A DNA stretch of 51,944 nucleotides from Promethearchaeota archaeon (lineage in GTDB: Archaea; Asgardarchaeota; Lokiarchaeia; Sigyniarchaeales; SOKP01), in the NCBI GenBank assembly GCA_019894975.1, contig JAGXNO010000026.1:1-51944 (forward strand). Reading direction: 5' to 3'. The notes under the pieces were generated by a model that was not told where the DNA came from, searched no databases, and was given only the letters and a program-made list of their open reading frames with translations. The position numbers and the translations under genes are program-made. Shown piece after piece: positions 30,733-40,783 of the stretch; position 1 is the stretch's first letter; each line of letters begins with the position of its first letter.

Positions 30733-31872
30733 TTATTCCTCATCATATCCTACTAAAATTTCAGTGAAGATGTTAGAAATTTCAACAAATATAGGTATTT
30801 CTACTCTGCATAAATTCCCCAGGATCCATTTATTAACATCTTTAAGGAGAAATTTTATCTGATTATGAATTTTTTTATTGATTTCGGAATCTATTATTTT
30901 TGAGAACCACAAACCCCCTCCTACTCTATATGCTACAATCTTAATGAGTGGTCCAAATAAAGGCTCTAAAACCTGTCTTAACATCCATGATTTTGGAATA
31001 ACACTCATACTCTCGGCTTTAAATGTAGGATCATTTAAAATTGGATTTGTTTCATCAACAGATAATTTGGGCATAAAACTTAATAATAATATTAACGCAA
31101 AAATTGCTGAGATGCCATTAATTGTATATGATCCCCCGATTTTTTCGAGATCATCTCTATAAATAGCAATATTAGCAAGAAACATACACATAAACACGTT
31201 TCTATCAAAATCTTCAGAAATGTAAGCATATCCTAATTCTTCATCAATAACAAGATATTTTTCTTCAAGTATTTTTATTATATCATCGGGAAAAGTATAA
31301 AATGTATATACTTTTTCCTCACTCCTTCTCACATCTTTTTCAATTTTAAGCTCTTTTGAAATGAGTCCAAACATATTCACTAATTCATCAAGTTGCTTCT
31401 GTATATAATGTCGAGGTTTATTCGGGTTACCAAACATTGCGAAAAATTGATGATCAACTATGTGAAAATCATTTCTTTTGCCAAAAGCCTCTACCATTCT
31501 ATCTATTATCGGCCCCTGAGATTCCGAGGCAATAATTTTAGCTTTTGAGGTTACAAATCCATTTAATAATTCATTTATTATGAAATCTTGCTCATGAGTT
31601 CTCGATTTTAAAATAAGTCCAAAGGCTTCAGAAAAACTTTTGGAGTTTGGGAAAAAAGCATTTTGGATTTTTTCATTTATAGATTTTATGAAAATATCTC
31701 CATCATTTTTTGGGAAATGAAGTTTCATATTATTAAGCCTTTGAATAAGTGCTTCTTTAGCACCTGGGATATTTTCAACATCTCTTTTTTGTAATTCTTC
31801 TATTGCGTTTTCGAGTCCGTTTTCAAAATCGCTCATTAACATTTTCCAAGTTGTATCTTGAACTTCTCCCAT
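30733..31872 (-). CDS. hypothetical protein
   Basis: 379-aa ORF in the same gene run. Confidence 0.8.
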   Translation of the reverse strand: MGEVQDTTWKMLMSDFENGLENAIEELQKRDVENIPGAKEALIQRLNNMKLHFPKNDGDIFIKSINEKIQNAFFPNSKSFSEAFGLILKSRTHEQDFIINELLNGFVTSKAKIIASESQGPIIDRMVEAFGKRNDFHIVDHQFFAMFGNPNKPRHYIQKQLDELVNMFGLISKELKIEKDVRRSEEKVYTFYTFPDDIIKILEEKYLVIDEELGYAYISEDFDRNVFMCMFLANIAIYRDDLEKIGGSYTINGISAIFALILLLSFMPKLSVDETNPILNDPTFKAESMSVIPKSWMLRQVLEPLFGPLIKIVAYRVGGGLWFSKIIDSEINKKIHNQIKFLLKDVNKWILGNLCRVEIPIFVEISNIFTEILVGYDEE

Positions 31873-31901
31873 GTTTTTTTCTCAGCTTTTAATAGAATTT
31901 A

Positions 31902-32867
31902 TTAATTAATATCCCAATTTAATTCTGTTGATATTTTTTTTAATGCGTTAATTAAAGGTTTAATTAGCTTTCTATCATAAATATTTGGGGAAGATACACC
32001 TTTTTGGGCTTTCCAGCCCATTTGAGTACCTTCACCCATTTCTCTTTGTCCGTATCTTAAAATGTTACTAAGATCTCGTACCCACCAGTAAAATCTTAAC
32101 CATTTCCTATTTGGATTATCTTTTGAATAGATAACTACTATTGCTTTCCATTCACCCATCAACCATTTTACTGTAACTCCACTTACGGGCAAGTAAAAGT
32201 TTATAGGAAAATTTCCATGAAATCGTAAATCGAGGTCAGTCGATGAAATATTAAAGATTGGTTGATTATATCCTTCTAATATTACTATTTCCCCACAATG
32301 TTGACATTCATAATGGGATTTCATCTTATCCATCTTTTTGCCACATTTTGGACATGTCCTGTTTTCAATAATTCTATATTTGATGATTTCTAAATATTTT
32401 TCTTTTTCTAAATCTTCTTCTGACTTCGGTTCTCTTATTCCATAACTGCCACTCCAATTCCATATATCGTCAAAAGTTTCATCAAAAGTTTCTAAAGAAA
32501 CAATGATATTATTAAGGACTGCTTTATCATAAATTTTAATCATACCTGCGTGCCGTAAATTTTTCCACCAGGATAGTCTTACGTACTTTTCCTCTTTTAA
32601 ATAACCACTATGACAAATTAAAGCAGCAAATAATCGCTCTTCTGTTTTGCTAAGGATTATCCCAGACTCAGCAACTTCATAAGTTTTATTAAGTGACATA
32701 TTAGTATGAAACCACTCTCCATCAACCATGTTTCCAATTAGAAAGTCTTCTTTTTTCGCTTTCTCGTCATCTACACTTTTGGCTTTAATGATTTTCTTAC
32801 AACTTGTGCATTGGAAAATCCCCTCAATCAGCATCTCCATCTCGATATCACATGCAGGACATTTCAT
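31902..32867 (-). CDS. zinc-ribbon protein with an internally duplicated domain
   Basis: CPAC..CTSC and CPKC..CQHC ribbons, each followed by a repeat (YVRLSWWK..IYDKAVL / WLRFYWWV..IYDRKLI). Confidence 0.75.
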   Translation of the reverse strand: MKCPACDIEMEMLIEGIFQCTSCKKIIKAKSVDDEKAKKEDFLIGNMVDGEWFHTNMSLNKTYEVAESGIILSKTEERLFAALICHSGYLKEEKYVRLSWWKNLRHAGMIKIYDKAVLNNIIVSLETFDETFDDIWNWSGSYGIREPKSEEDLEKEKYLEIIKYRIIENRTCPKCGKKMDKMKSHYECQHCGEIVILEGYNQPIFNISSTDLDLRFHGNFPINFYLPVSGVTVKWLMGEWKAIVVIYSKDNPNRKWLRFYWWVRDLSNILRYGQREMGEGTQMGWKAQKGVSSPNIYDRKLIKPLINALKKISTELNWDIN

Positions 32868-33138
32868 ATTTAATATTTACTCACTATGATATTATTAACT
32901 TATCCTAAAATCCACTACCTTATAATATAAGTCTGCTTTAAAAAGAGTTAAAAGACATAATAAAACATTTCAAATAAATTTTTTGGTTTATAATGTTTAG
33001 ATATATTAGGTTATAAAAAAATGTAATACTGATTTTTATCTTTATAAACAATTTATTAGAAATTGAAAACCTTGTCTAATTGTTTGAATAAATAAAAAAT
33101 AATACTCATGTGAATAAGATAGCAACATAGACAATTTA

Positions 33139-36100
33139 TTAGTGATTAATTACTTTATTTAATTCACCATAAAGGTCTTTTCTAATTTTTAATGTGTTTG
33201 TAGGTACAGTTTGAAGATTTGCCAACCCTTCTAATTGTCTTTCTTTATTTTCGGATTCAATAAATTCTAAAAGTCGTGGTCCTAATATTACAGGATTAAA
33301 CTCGATTGCTAAATCCTCACAAAATTCAACACATTTAATGTTAATATTTGCTAATTTAGGAGAATAATTTATAAGTATTTCTTTTAGAAGCATTGCATAT
33401 ACAATTATTTGGGGTAAGCCCTCTTTTATTTTTCGTAAATTCATTTTATAGTCTCCAATTATGAGATCTATTCCATCAAAAAACAAGAGATCTATATGGC
33501 CAGTAACAAATTCCTTAAAAAAAATTTTCCATACTGGTATTTCAGCTGCAACAGCATAAGGATAATCTCTTAAAACTCTACCAAGAATTTTAGGGTGATC
33601 TATAGTTAAATTTGAGGCTTTAACTACTTCACATACCTCGCATAATTGAAAAAATGGAGAATCCGCCTTCGATTTTATAAATTTCAAATTTTCTTTGAAA
33701 AAATTCAAAGTCTTTCTTACACTTATGGGTCTTGCTCTATCTCCTCTTAATTTTAATAACGACGCTCTAGTAAATTCTTCATTATTAAAAATTTTTATAG
33801 GGTGTTTTTTTCCCCTAAAATCCTCAAAAAAATTGAGAAGTGCATTTCGTATAATTGGATTCTCAATATTCAAAATACGATTCTCGAGCCATATAAAATC
33901 AAAGGGGAGGTTATTATCAATTAAGGCTTTTTCTTTCAAATGTAGATAATCATAATAGATATCCGATGCATCATCTTTTCTTTGAGAATTCACTTCCGTA
34001 AAATATTCATCGATAAAAAGTTTAATTTTTGTTATTGTGTCTTTTCGCCTGAAAGATATATGTTCAGCAAGTGATTTTACCAAGAAAGAAGCCTTAGGAT
34101 AGAAGTTTTTAACAAATGCATTTGGTGATAAATCAGTAAGCTTATACAACTTAAGAACTAAATCAGTAGCTAAATGATAGTTATCTTCTAAAATCTGTTC
34201 TAATTCATTTATAAACGTTGTGCGATCATATTGGGTATATGTTTGAAAGTATTTATCATAATCTTCTCCCAAAATCTCGTGAGTTAATCTGGAAGCTGTA
34301 GCATGACTAATGTTATTTTGAACACTCCCTAAACGGACTTCTTCAACTGTAATAGGAGTTTCAATCTCACCATCTTTGATGGCCTTAACTTTTTGTTTTA
34401 GATGTCTTCTAAACTGTTTTACTATAGAACGGGGGATGGGAGAGCTAGTTTCGAGAAGCCATTTATCAGCATCTATTTCAGGAAAAATTTCACCTAAAAG
34501 TGGAATATATTCATTAATATTTCTCCAAACTTGATTATCACTTAGTTTAGTAAGCTCTTTTAAGTCTTCGGTCAGAGAATAATAATCTACACTACTAAGT
34601 AATGCTAAGGATATAACTTGTATTATTCTCAGCACCTGAGTTGAGTGGAAATATCCCGTTCTTTTGATCTCCGTAGAAAATTGAATAATGAAAGATTCTG
34701 AGAGAATTTCTTGGAGTATCCCATCATTGTTCAGACCCTGTTCTTGTAAATCTTCAATAATACTTACGATTTTAGAAATTACATCTTTAATTCGTTTTTC
34801 AAGATCATATATGCATTTTTTACACCCCCAGTGCCTTTGTTGTAATCTATTGCCTGTACTGGCAAATTCTTTATGATTCGGGTTTTGACACCATATCTCC
34901 AATGGAACAAGAGTGGGTGAATATATTTCAGCTAATTCATTGAATTTTTCTTCGGTTTCAGGTTTTTTTATAACACCAGGATGACCAGATTTCTCTATCC
35001 CGACATCTCTAGCTAAATCTTCCGCTTTTTCCAATGAAAATAAAGTGCTTTTATAGAACCATTTATCTACGTTTAAATCAGATTTCACTTGCTTTAAAAG
35101 GGGGATATAATCCCTAATTAATTTAGAGACTTGTGCTGCCTTTAAATTTGTTAAATGTTCTAAAATTTTTTTTAAACAATCATAATCGGGACACTTAAGA
35201 ATCGCTAATCCAATAGTCTGTAAACATCTTGTCGCTTGCATCCATCTGTGCCCCCCTTCATATATTTTTGTGATATTAAAGAGCTCCATCAATGTTGCAT
35301 TATCTAGCACAATTTTAAGAACTTCATTTTCGTCAATGTTATTCTCAGTTAAGAATTGCAAATATTCATCAAAATTATTATTATTTAATAGATCTCTATT
35401 ATCCCCTCCATACAGTGATAAAAGTTCATTCTTGATCCGATTAATAAACGCATTGATCAAATTAATCAATTCTACCTCAGTCAACCTCCGTTCAGCACGA
35501 TCTTTAAAATATTTGAAATGATTTTTAAGTTCTTGCAAATTTTTAAAAGGTAAGTCTGGATTTTTTTTAATCCAGTTTCTAATAGCTAACCCAACTCGCT
35601 GTTTAAGACCTTTTATTGTTTGTTGATCGTTAATTCCTTCAAAAAATGACTTAACCTGAGGGGATTCATTAATAATATTATTTAATGAGGGGATAAACAG
35701 TCCTGTAACAATTTGCTCCTTTTTTAAGTTTAAAAGCCTAATAACTTCGCTATATAGCTTGGGTTCAGGTAAAGCTTGACCGGATTCCTCCAATTCTTCT
35801 AGTTTTTTTTCAGCCCTTGCAATTCTTAATCCTAGCTCCTCACTATCAAATATCGCTTGTAAAATCTCTCGGGAAATTGGAATCTTTGATTTTAATTTAC
35901 TAAATGAAATTTTATCACGCTCTAACTTTCGAAGAAACGATTCAAAGCCCAACACTTTAAAATCATCATATCTTAATCTAGGATTTACAAATAAATATGG
36001 ACCGAATACAAACTTAAAATATTCTACAGTTAATTCATTATCCAACCATTCCCATTTTGAATTTAAAATATTAGGACAAATATTGATACTTGAGAGAAAA

Positions 36101-36819
36101 TCTAATTCTTCCTCATTGAATTCATGTTTTGTCTCAGTCTTAGGCAGATTTTTGAAATTTAATTCAAAAGTTTTCAGATCATCACGTATAACTTCTTCGA
36201 ATCTCGCGAGTTCAGGCTCATCCCAAAGTTCGGTAATTATGATAAACGCTTCACTTATTAGCCAGCGCAAATATAAGACAAAGTCTTGGGAATATTTATT
36301 ATTTACTTTAATTTTTTTTTGTAATACTTTTAACCACTTATCGAATTCTTTCACACGCATGTTATATAAGTTTATTAAAAATTTATCTTTAACATTAACT
36401 CGATGGTCCATAATTGGGTTAATCTTTTCATAGAGATCATCGAGGATTTCTTGGTTTAACTCCAATCCTTCTTTATCTTGAATCGATTCATATTTTAGTG
36501 ATTGTATATGAGGATAAACAAGTCGAGAAACCACAATTTTAAAATCATCTTTAAACCTTATGGGGAAATCAGAGTCATAAAATATTCTTTCTATTGGGCT
36601 CTTTCGGTTTCGGAGCTTTTCATAAACACGTCGGAAAAAGCCGTTTGTTTGATTATTATCATCACTTCTATTATCATCTTCAATGGTTTCATGTGGTTTA
36701 TTGCTAATTTTTACACCACAATTTTGACAGACAATCGAATCATTACTATTTGTAGTGTTTAGAAGTTCTGTTGGAATTTCAGTTCCACAATATCTGCAAG
36801 TTTCTTCCATAGATCTCAA
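33139..36819 (-). CDS. large multidomain protein with zinc ribbons, internal repeat and C-terminal PD-(D/E)xK nuclease
   Basis: N-terminal CRYC...CQNC; internal WCQNPNH...CKKC; C-terminal AEIPVW...GHIDLL...IIGDYK...QIIVYA; likely start ATG 36810. Confidence 0.7.
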   Translation of the reverse strand: MRSMEETCRYCGTEIPTELLNTTNSNDSIVCQNCGVKISNKPHETIEDDNRSDDNNQTNGFFRRVYEKLRNRKSPIERIFYDSDFPIRFKDDFKIVVSRLVYPHIQSLKYESIQDKEGLELNQEILDDLYEKINPIMDHRVNVKDKFLINLYNMRVKEFDKWLKVLQKKIKVNNKYSQDFVLYLRWLISEAFIIITELWDEPELARFEEVIRDDLKTFELNFKNLPKTETKHEFNEEELDFLSSINICPNILNSKWEWLDNELTVEYFKFVFGPYLFVNPRLRYDDFKVLGFESFLRKLERDKISFSKLKSKIPISREILQAIFDSEELGLRIARAEKKLEELEESGQALPEPKLYSEVIRLLNLKKEQIVTGLFIPSLNNIINESPQVKSFFEGINDQQTIKGLKQRVGLAIRNWIKKNPDLPFKNLQELKNHFKYFKDRAERRLTEVELINLINAFINRIKNELLSLYGGDNRDLLNNNNFDEYLQFLTENNIDENEVLKIVLDNATLMELFNITKIYEGGHRWMQATRCLQTIGLAILKCPDYDCLKKILEHLTNLKAAQVSKLIRDYIPLLKQVKSDLNVDKWFYKSTLFSLEKAEDLARDVGIEKSGHPGVIKKPETEEKFNELAEIYSPTLVPLEIWCQNPNHKEFASTGNRLQQRHWGCKKCIYDLEKRIKDVISKIVSIIEDLQEQGLNNDGILQEILSESFIIQFSTEIKRTGYFHSTQVLRIIQVISLALLSSVDYYSLTEDLKELTKLSDNQVWRNINEYIPLLGEIFPEIDADKWLLETSSPIPRSIVKQFRRHLKQKVKAIKDGEIETPITVEEVRLGSVQNNISHATASRLTHEILGEDYDKYFQTYTQYDRTTFINELEQILEDNYHLATDLVLKLYKLTDLSPNAFVKNFYPKASFLVKSLAEHISFRRKDTITKIKLFIDEYFTEVNSQRKDDASDIYYDYLHLKEKALIDNNLPFDFIWLENRILNIENPIIRNALLNFFEDFRGKKHPIKIFNNEEFTRASLLKLRGDRARPISVRKTLNFFKENLKFIKSKADSPFFQLCEVCEVVKASNLTIDHPKILGRVLRDYPYAVAAEIPVWKIFFKEFVTGHIDLLFFDGIDLIIGDYKMNLRKIKEGLPQIIVYAMLLKEILINYSPKLANINIKCVEFCEDLAIEFNPVILGPRLLEFIESENKERQLEGLANLQTVPTNTLKIRKDLYGELNKVINH

Positions 36820-36877
36820 TATAATCCAGAATTATTTAAACAAAAAAAGGGGAATTTTGATTTGCTCTTGTTTGAGT

Positions 36878-37153
36878 TCACCTTTTCAAACGCTTTCTAC
36901 CAAAGTATATCATTTCACAGCAAAAGATCCCTGCTAATATGATTATGCCATATAAGAGAATATCATTTATAGTAATTTGATTATTACTAGAATTAACATC
37001 AGTAATTTCTTCTGCTTCCTCATACTGAAAGATGTAAAGTGTTTTCCATGGAGCACTATTTCCGACTGTATCTTTAGTGCTGACTCTTAAATAATAAGTG
37101 CCGTTAGAAACTGTTGGGGGATCGAAAACGGTGTAAGCTGTAAACGAAATTAA
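36878..37153 (-). pseudogene. C-terminal remnant of a cell-surface protein (Ig-like strand + TM anchor)
   Basis: Start-less frame: ...NGTYYLRVSTKDTVGNS...ILLYGIIILAGIFCCEMIYFGRKRLKR*; in-frame TAG immediately upstream. Confidence 0.6.
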
Positions 37154-37316
37154 CTACCATAGGAGAGTATATTGCATTTAAAAGATTTAAAACTTAGCAC
37201 ATCACATTAATCAAAGATTTGTCAACTTCTAATTTCCAAAATATTAAATAGAGAAAAAAATAAAAATAAATGTACAATTAAGTAAAATTGAAATTCAATA
37301 GATCAAGTTACCTCTG

Positions 37317-39197
37317 ATGATGAAAAGAACTCATAAAGAATTTTTACATGTTCTAATATTTTGTATACTTCTCTTTTCCATCAATCCCTATAAAAATTCA
37401 ATTTTTGTTAATATTGAGGGTAACCTAAGGAATAATGGAAGCTATGAACCATCTGGTTTAATTGCGTTATGGTCCGGACCATTAAATACCATCCCAGATG
37501 GGTGGAAGTTATGTGATGGCAGCGATGGGACGCTAAACATAAGTAATCGGTTTGTCTGCGGTACTGATAATATGGAAGAACCTGGAATCACAGGTGGTAG
37601 TAGTTCACATAACCACAATTATACAACAGTTCCTTACCACGATCATGGCGAAACAGATACCGCAACTTGTAGACATTCTCACAATTGGGATGGACCAGGA
37701 GCCAGACTGCAGGTTATGGAAGGTAACACTGTCGGTCTTTTTAATAATGGTGTCACGGGGTCCGATCCTGCCAATCATTCACATAATGTGGACTATACAG
37801 GTCAAGCTATCTCTTATACGTCTGAAGAGGAAAATATTTTACCCCCTTATTACAAGTTGGTATTTATCGAGAAAGAAAAAAAGGATGCCGTTATACCTAT
37901 TGGGTTGATCACAATGTGGGCAGGAACTATTGAAAATATTCCTGAGGGTTGGGCATTTTGTAATGGATTGAACGGAACACCCGATCTTCGGGAGAAATTC
38001 ATTCGGGGAGTCCTTCCAGGAGAAGATCCTGGATCTTTAGGTGGAAATTTGTCCCATATTCATACATATACAGATATTCCAAATCATACACACTCTCTTT
38101 CTATCGGAGGATATAATCACGTTCATCCAGGCGCATTCGCACATATTCCTCGGTATCTTCATTATGTTGGTCCAGGATCTGTAAGAATTTCTGGCCTTTC
38201 AAGTGCCTCTTACACGGATTATACTGATACACCACATACACATACCATAAACGAAATTGGAATGGAGAATTGCACAACACAACATACCGAACACTTACCT
38301 CCCTATTTCAAGATGGCATTCATAATGAATAAGGAAGTAACAGATGCATTACCAGTGGGATCTATTTCTATGTGGGGAGATTCAATAATGGATATACCTT
38401 CAGGTTGGAACCAATGCAATGGAACGCATAACACTCCTAACATGCTTAACAGATTCCCGAGAGGAATTGCATCTGGAGAACAACCCGGAATTATTGGAGG
38501 ATCGACCACTCATCGTCATATCTATACAGAAGTTCCCTTACACACGCACATTGTTTTCGAGGATCCGATGCGTCATCGTCACTCCATGGTTGGAGTTGCC
38601 ACTCCATGGGTGGAATTCCCTTCAATGCCTTCAATTAGTGGCATTGGTTTTCCAGTCCTTATTCCTAGTCAAGCGAGTTATAGCTCTCAAAGTAACGCCC
38701 CTCATAATCATACTGTAAATCCTACAGGTTCCATGTCTTGCTATACTTCAAATGAAAGCAATCTTCCCCCATTCATTAAACTTGTTTTTATACAAAAAAA
38801 CTTACTCATCTCCAACCCTTCTCCTGCTGATGGGGCTTTTGGTGTTGGAAATAATCCTACATTAAGCGTAGATGCTTTAAAGTTAGAAGGAGATGACTTA
38901 ATCATTACTTTTTATAATGCTTCCGACAATAGTATAATTGAAGCAGATGTTATCTTGGGTGGAAGTGGTACCGCATCAATAACATGGTCCGGACTCTCTT
39001 ATGGTACGAGGCATTCGTGGTATGTAATAGTGGATGATGGTTTGAAAAGTATCCAATTTGAGACATGGTCATTTACGACAAAAAGCCCTGAAAGCTTTCC
39101 ATTCCCATTAATAATTACGATTTCTATGGTAAGCGCTGGAGCGATTGTAGGAGCTACAACGATGATCTGGTTAAAGCGGAGGAGAAAAAGAGCATAG
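37317..39197 (+). CDS. membrane-anchored surface protein with three phage tail-collar/His-rich fibre-like repeats
   Basis: N-terminal hydrophobic signal; three repeats of P.G.I..W.G...IP.GW..C.G..T....RF..G...H.H...LPP...L.FI; C-terminal TM + KRRRKRA. Confidence 0.8.
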   Translation: MMKRTHKEFLHVLIFCILLFSINPYKNSIFVNIEGNLRNNGSYEPSGLIALWSGPLNTIPDGWKLCDGSDGTLNISNRFVCGTDNMEEPGITGGSSSHNHNYTTVPYHDHGETDTATCRHSHNWDGPGARLQVMEGNTVGLFNNGVTGSDPANHSHNVDYTGQAISYTSEEENILPPYYKLVFIEKEKKDAVIPIGLITMWAGTIENIPEGWAFCNGLNGTPDLREKFIRGVLPGEDPGSLGGNLSHIHTYTDIPNHTHSLSIGGYNHVHPGAFAHIPRYLHYVGPGSVRISGLSSASYTDYTDTPHTHTINEIGMENCTTQHTEHLPPYFKMAFIMNKEVTDALPVGSISMWGDSIMDIPSGWNQCNGTHNTPNMLNRFPRGIASGEQPGIIGGSTTHRHIYTEVPLHTHIVFEDPMRHRHSMVGVATPWVEFPSMPSISGIGFPVLIPSQASYSSQSNAPHNHTVNPTGSMSCYTSNESNLPPFIKLVFIQKNLLISNPSPADGAFGVGNNPTLSVDALKLEGDDLIITFYNASDNSIIEADVILGGSGTASITWSGLSYGTRHSWYVIVDDGLKSIQFETWSFTTKSPESFPFPLIITISMVSAGAIVGATTMIWLKRRRKRA

Positions 39198-39471
39198 ATA
39201 TATCTATTAAAAAAGATTTTAAGACGAAATCTGAATGTTAAAGATTAAAACATATCGAGTTGTGTTAACAAATTTATAAACTGTATAGACAGATATACAA
39301 AATTATCACTCCATAGGAGTATTTTAGATCTCATTTATTTGTAACCTCTTGAGTAATTGAGCATGGTATCTTAATGAGGGAAACTTTTTACTCCTCTTTT
39401 TCTTAAATGAACAAATAAAAAACTCATATCCATTATGGAAAGACTAGATTTTGAAATTCAAATACACAAAT

Positions 39472-40572
39472 TTACTCTTCACTGGTAGTTAGTATTAATC
39501 TTTCATAATCTAAATTCAATAATTTTATTTCTTTCTTTGTTAATTCTGAAATTTTATCGTTAATAGTCTTTACCTCTTTTCTAAGATCAACAAGTGTTTG
39601 TTGAATAGTATCTAAAATATCATCTTCATTATAGGTAACCTTCTCAATGAATTCAAGATATTTGAATTTTTTATCCTTACCTGAATAATAACTCTTTAAT
39701 TCTAAGATTTTTTTTTCAATCTGGTTCAATTGGTATCTAGTTTTTAATAGAAAGTTTAATTTGGAGAACCAATTAATAAAAATTGATTCCTCTCTATTTA
39801 TATTGTCGAAATTGAACTTATCAGATAACCCAATGTTTTCATCTTTTATATAGCTTATAACCTCTTTATCTTCTTCAAATGCTACATTTATTTTCTTTAA
39901 AGCTGGTTTTGTATTCAAAATTGGGTCAAAGATCTTTATGTATTCATTGATATCATCCTTTATTTCCTTAAATCTTTGATAAAAACCTTCTATAGTTATC
40001 TCGATTTTAATAACTTGATAGACATTCCCAAATTGATCCAATATATAATATAAATCGTCTGCTAACGTATAATCATGTTCGCCAATTTCATAGATTAATG
40101 AGTGTACAACATTACTCTTTTCACACCTTACACCCTTTATTCTCGTTAACGCTAAATTAAAATTTCTTCTTGTGAGAGATTTAAATTTCTTGTTTATTAT
40201 CAAAAACAAGGTGTCATCTGGAACAGAGATAGTATCTTGTTCAATCGTTATCGTTTCTTCTCCTATCTTTATTATGAAGTCATCCTCTTTCTGTTCAAAC
40301 TCTCTCATACTACGAATATTCTTAATTAATCCTAAATCGATATAAATTTCAATAAACTCTTCATCCCAGAGTTTAACTATATTGCTTTTGTAAATTTCAT
40401 CTAATATTAAAATACGGCTGTAGGATTCAATTAGATTCTCCTCTGCTAAATCCTTAAGTAAATCATTCCTAATAACATACAGGAATAGTAAGATATATCT
40501 TATATCAACATCATTCATGATGTTATCTATTAATTTAGCATCATCTTCTATTGTCAAGGTTTTATGTTCCAT
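39472..40572 (-). CDS. hypothetical protein with C-terminal coiled coil
   Basis: Track ORF 39472..40647; the downstream ATG at 40572 (MEHKTL) looks a more plausible start. Confidence 0.75.
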   Translation of the reverse strand: MEHKTLTIEDDAKLIDNIMNDVDIRYILLFLYVIRNDLLKDLAEENLIESYSRILILDEIYKSNIVKLWDEEFIEIYIDLGLIKNIRSMREFEQKEDDFIIKIGEETITIEQDTISVPDDTLFLIINKKFKSLTRRNFNLALTRIKGVRCEKSNVVHSLIYEIGEHDYTLADDLYYILDQFGNVYQVIKIEITIEGFYQRFKEIKDDINEYIKIFDPILNTKPALKKINVAFEEDKEVISYIKDENIGLSDKFNFDNINREESIFINWFSKLNFLLKTRYQLNQIEKKILELKSYYSGKDKKFKYLEFIEKVTYNEDDILDTIQQTLVDLRKEVKTINDKISELTKKEIKLLNLDYERLILTTSEE

Positions 40573-40783
40573 ACCTAAAATCCACTTACTATTTTTTAAA
40601 CTATGATAACATTTCAGTGAAAAAGAGTACTTGAAGTAATTAACCATTCCTAAAAAATTTTTCTATATTCATCGAAATAATTTAAAAGAAAAGCAAAAAT
40701 TTTTAGTTCTTGTTTCCATTTAATAACATAGAAATTTAGCTTTCATTATTATAAATAATTTCAATTTATTGGTGTTAACTAAT

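Noticed and set aside
33139-39320. Prophage or integrated element bounded by CCATAGGAG repeats (37157-37165 and 39311-39319)
   Set aside because: No integrase, transposase, capsid or terminase; a 9-bp match could be chance or a regulator site, so it is not enough to call a mobile element.
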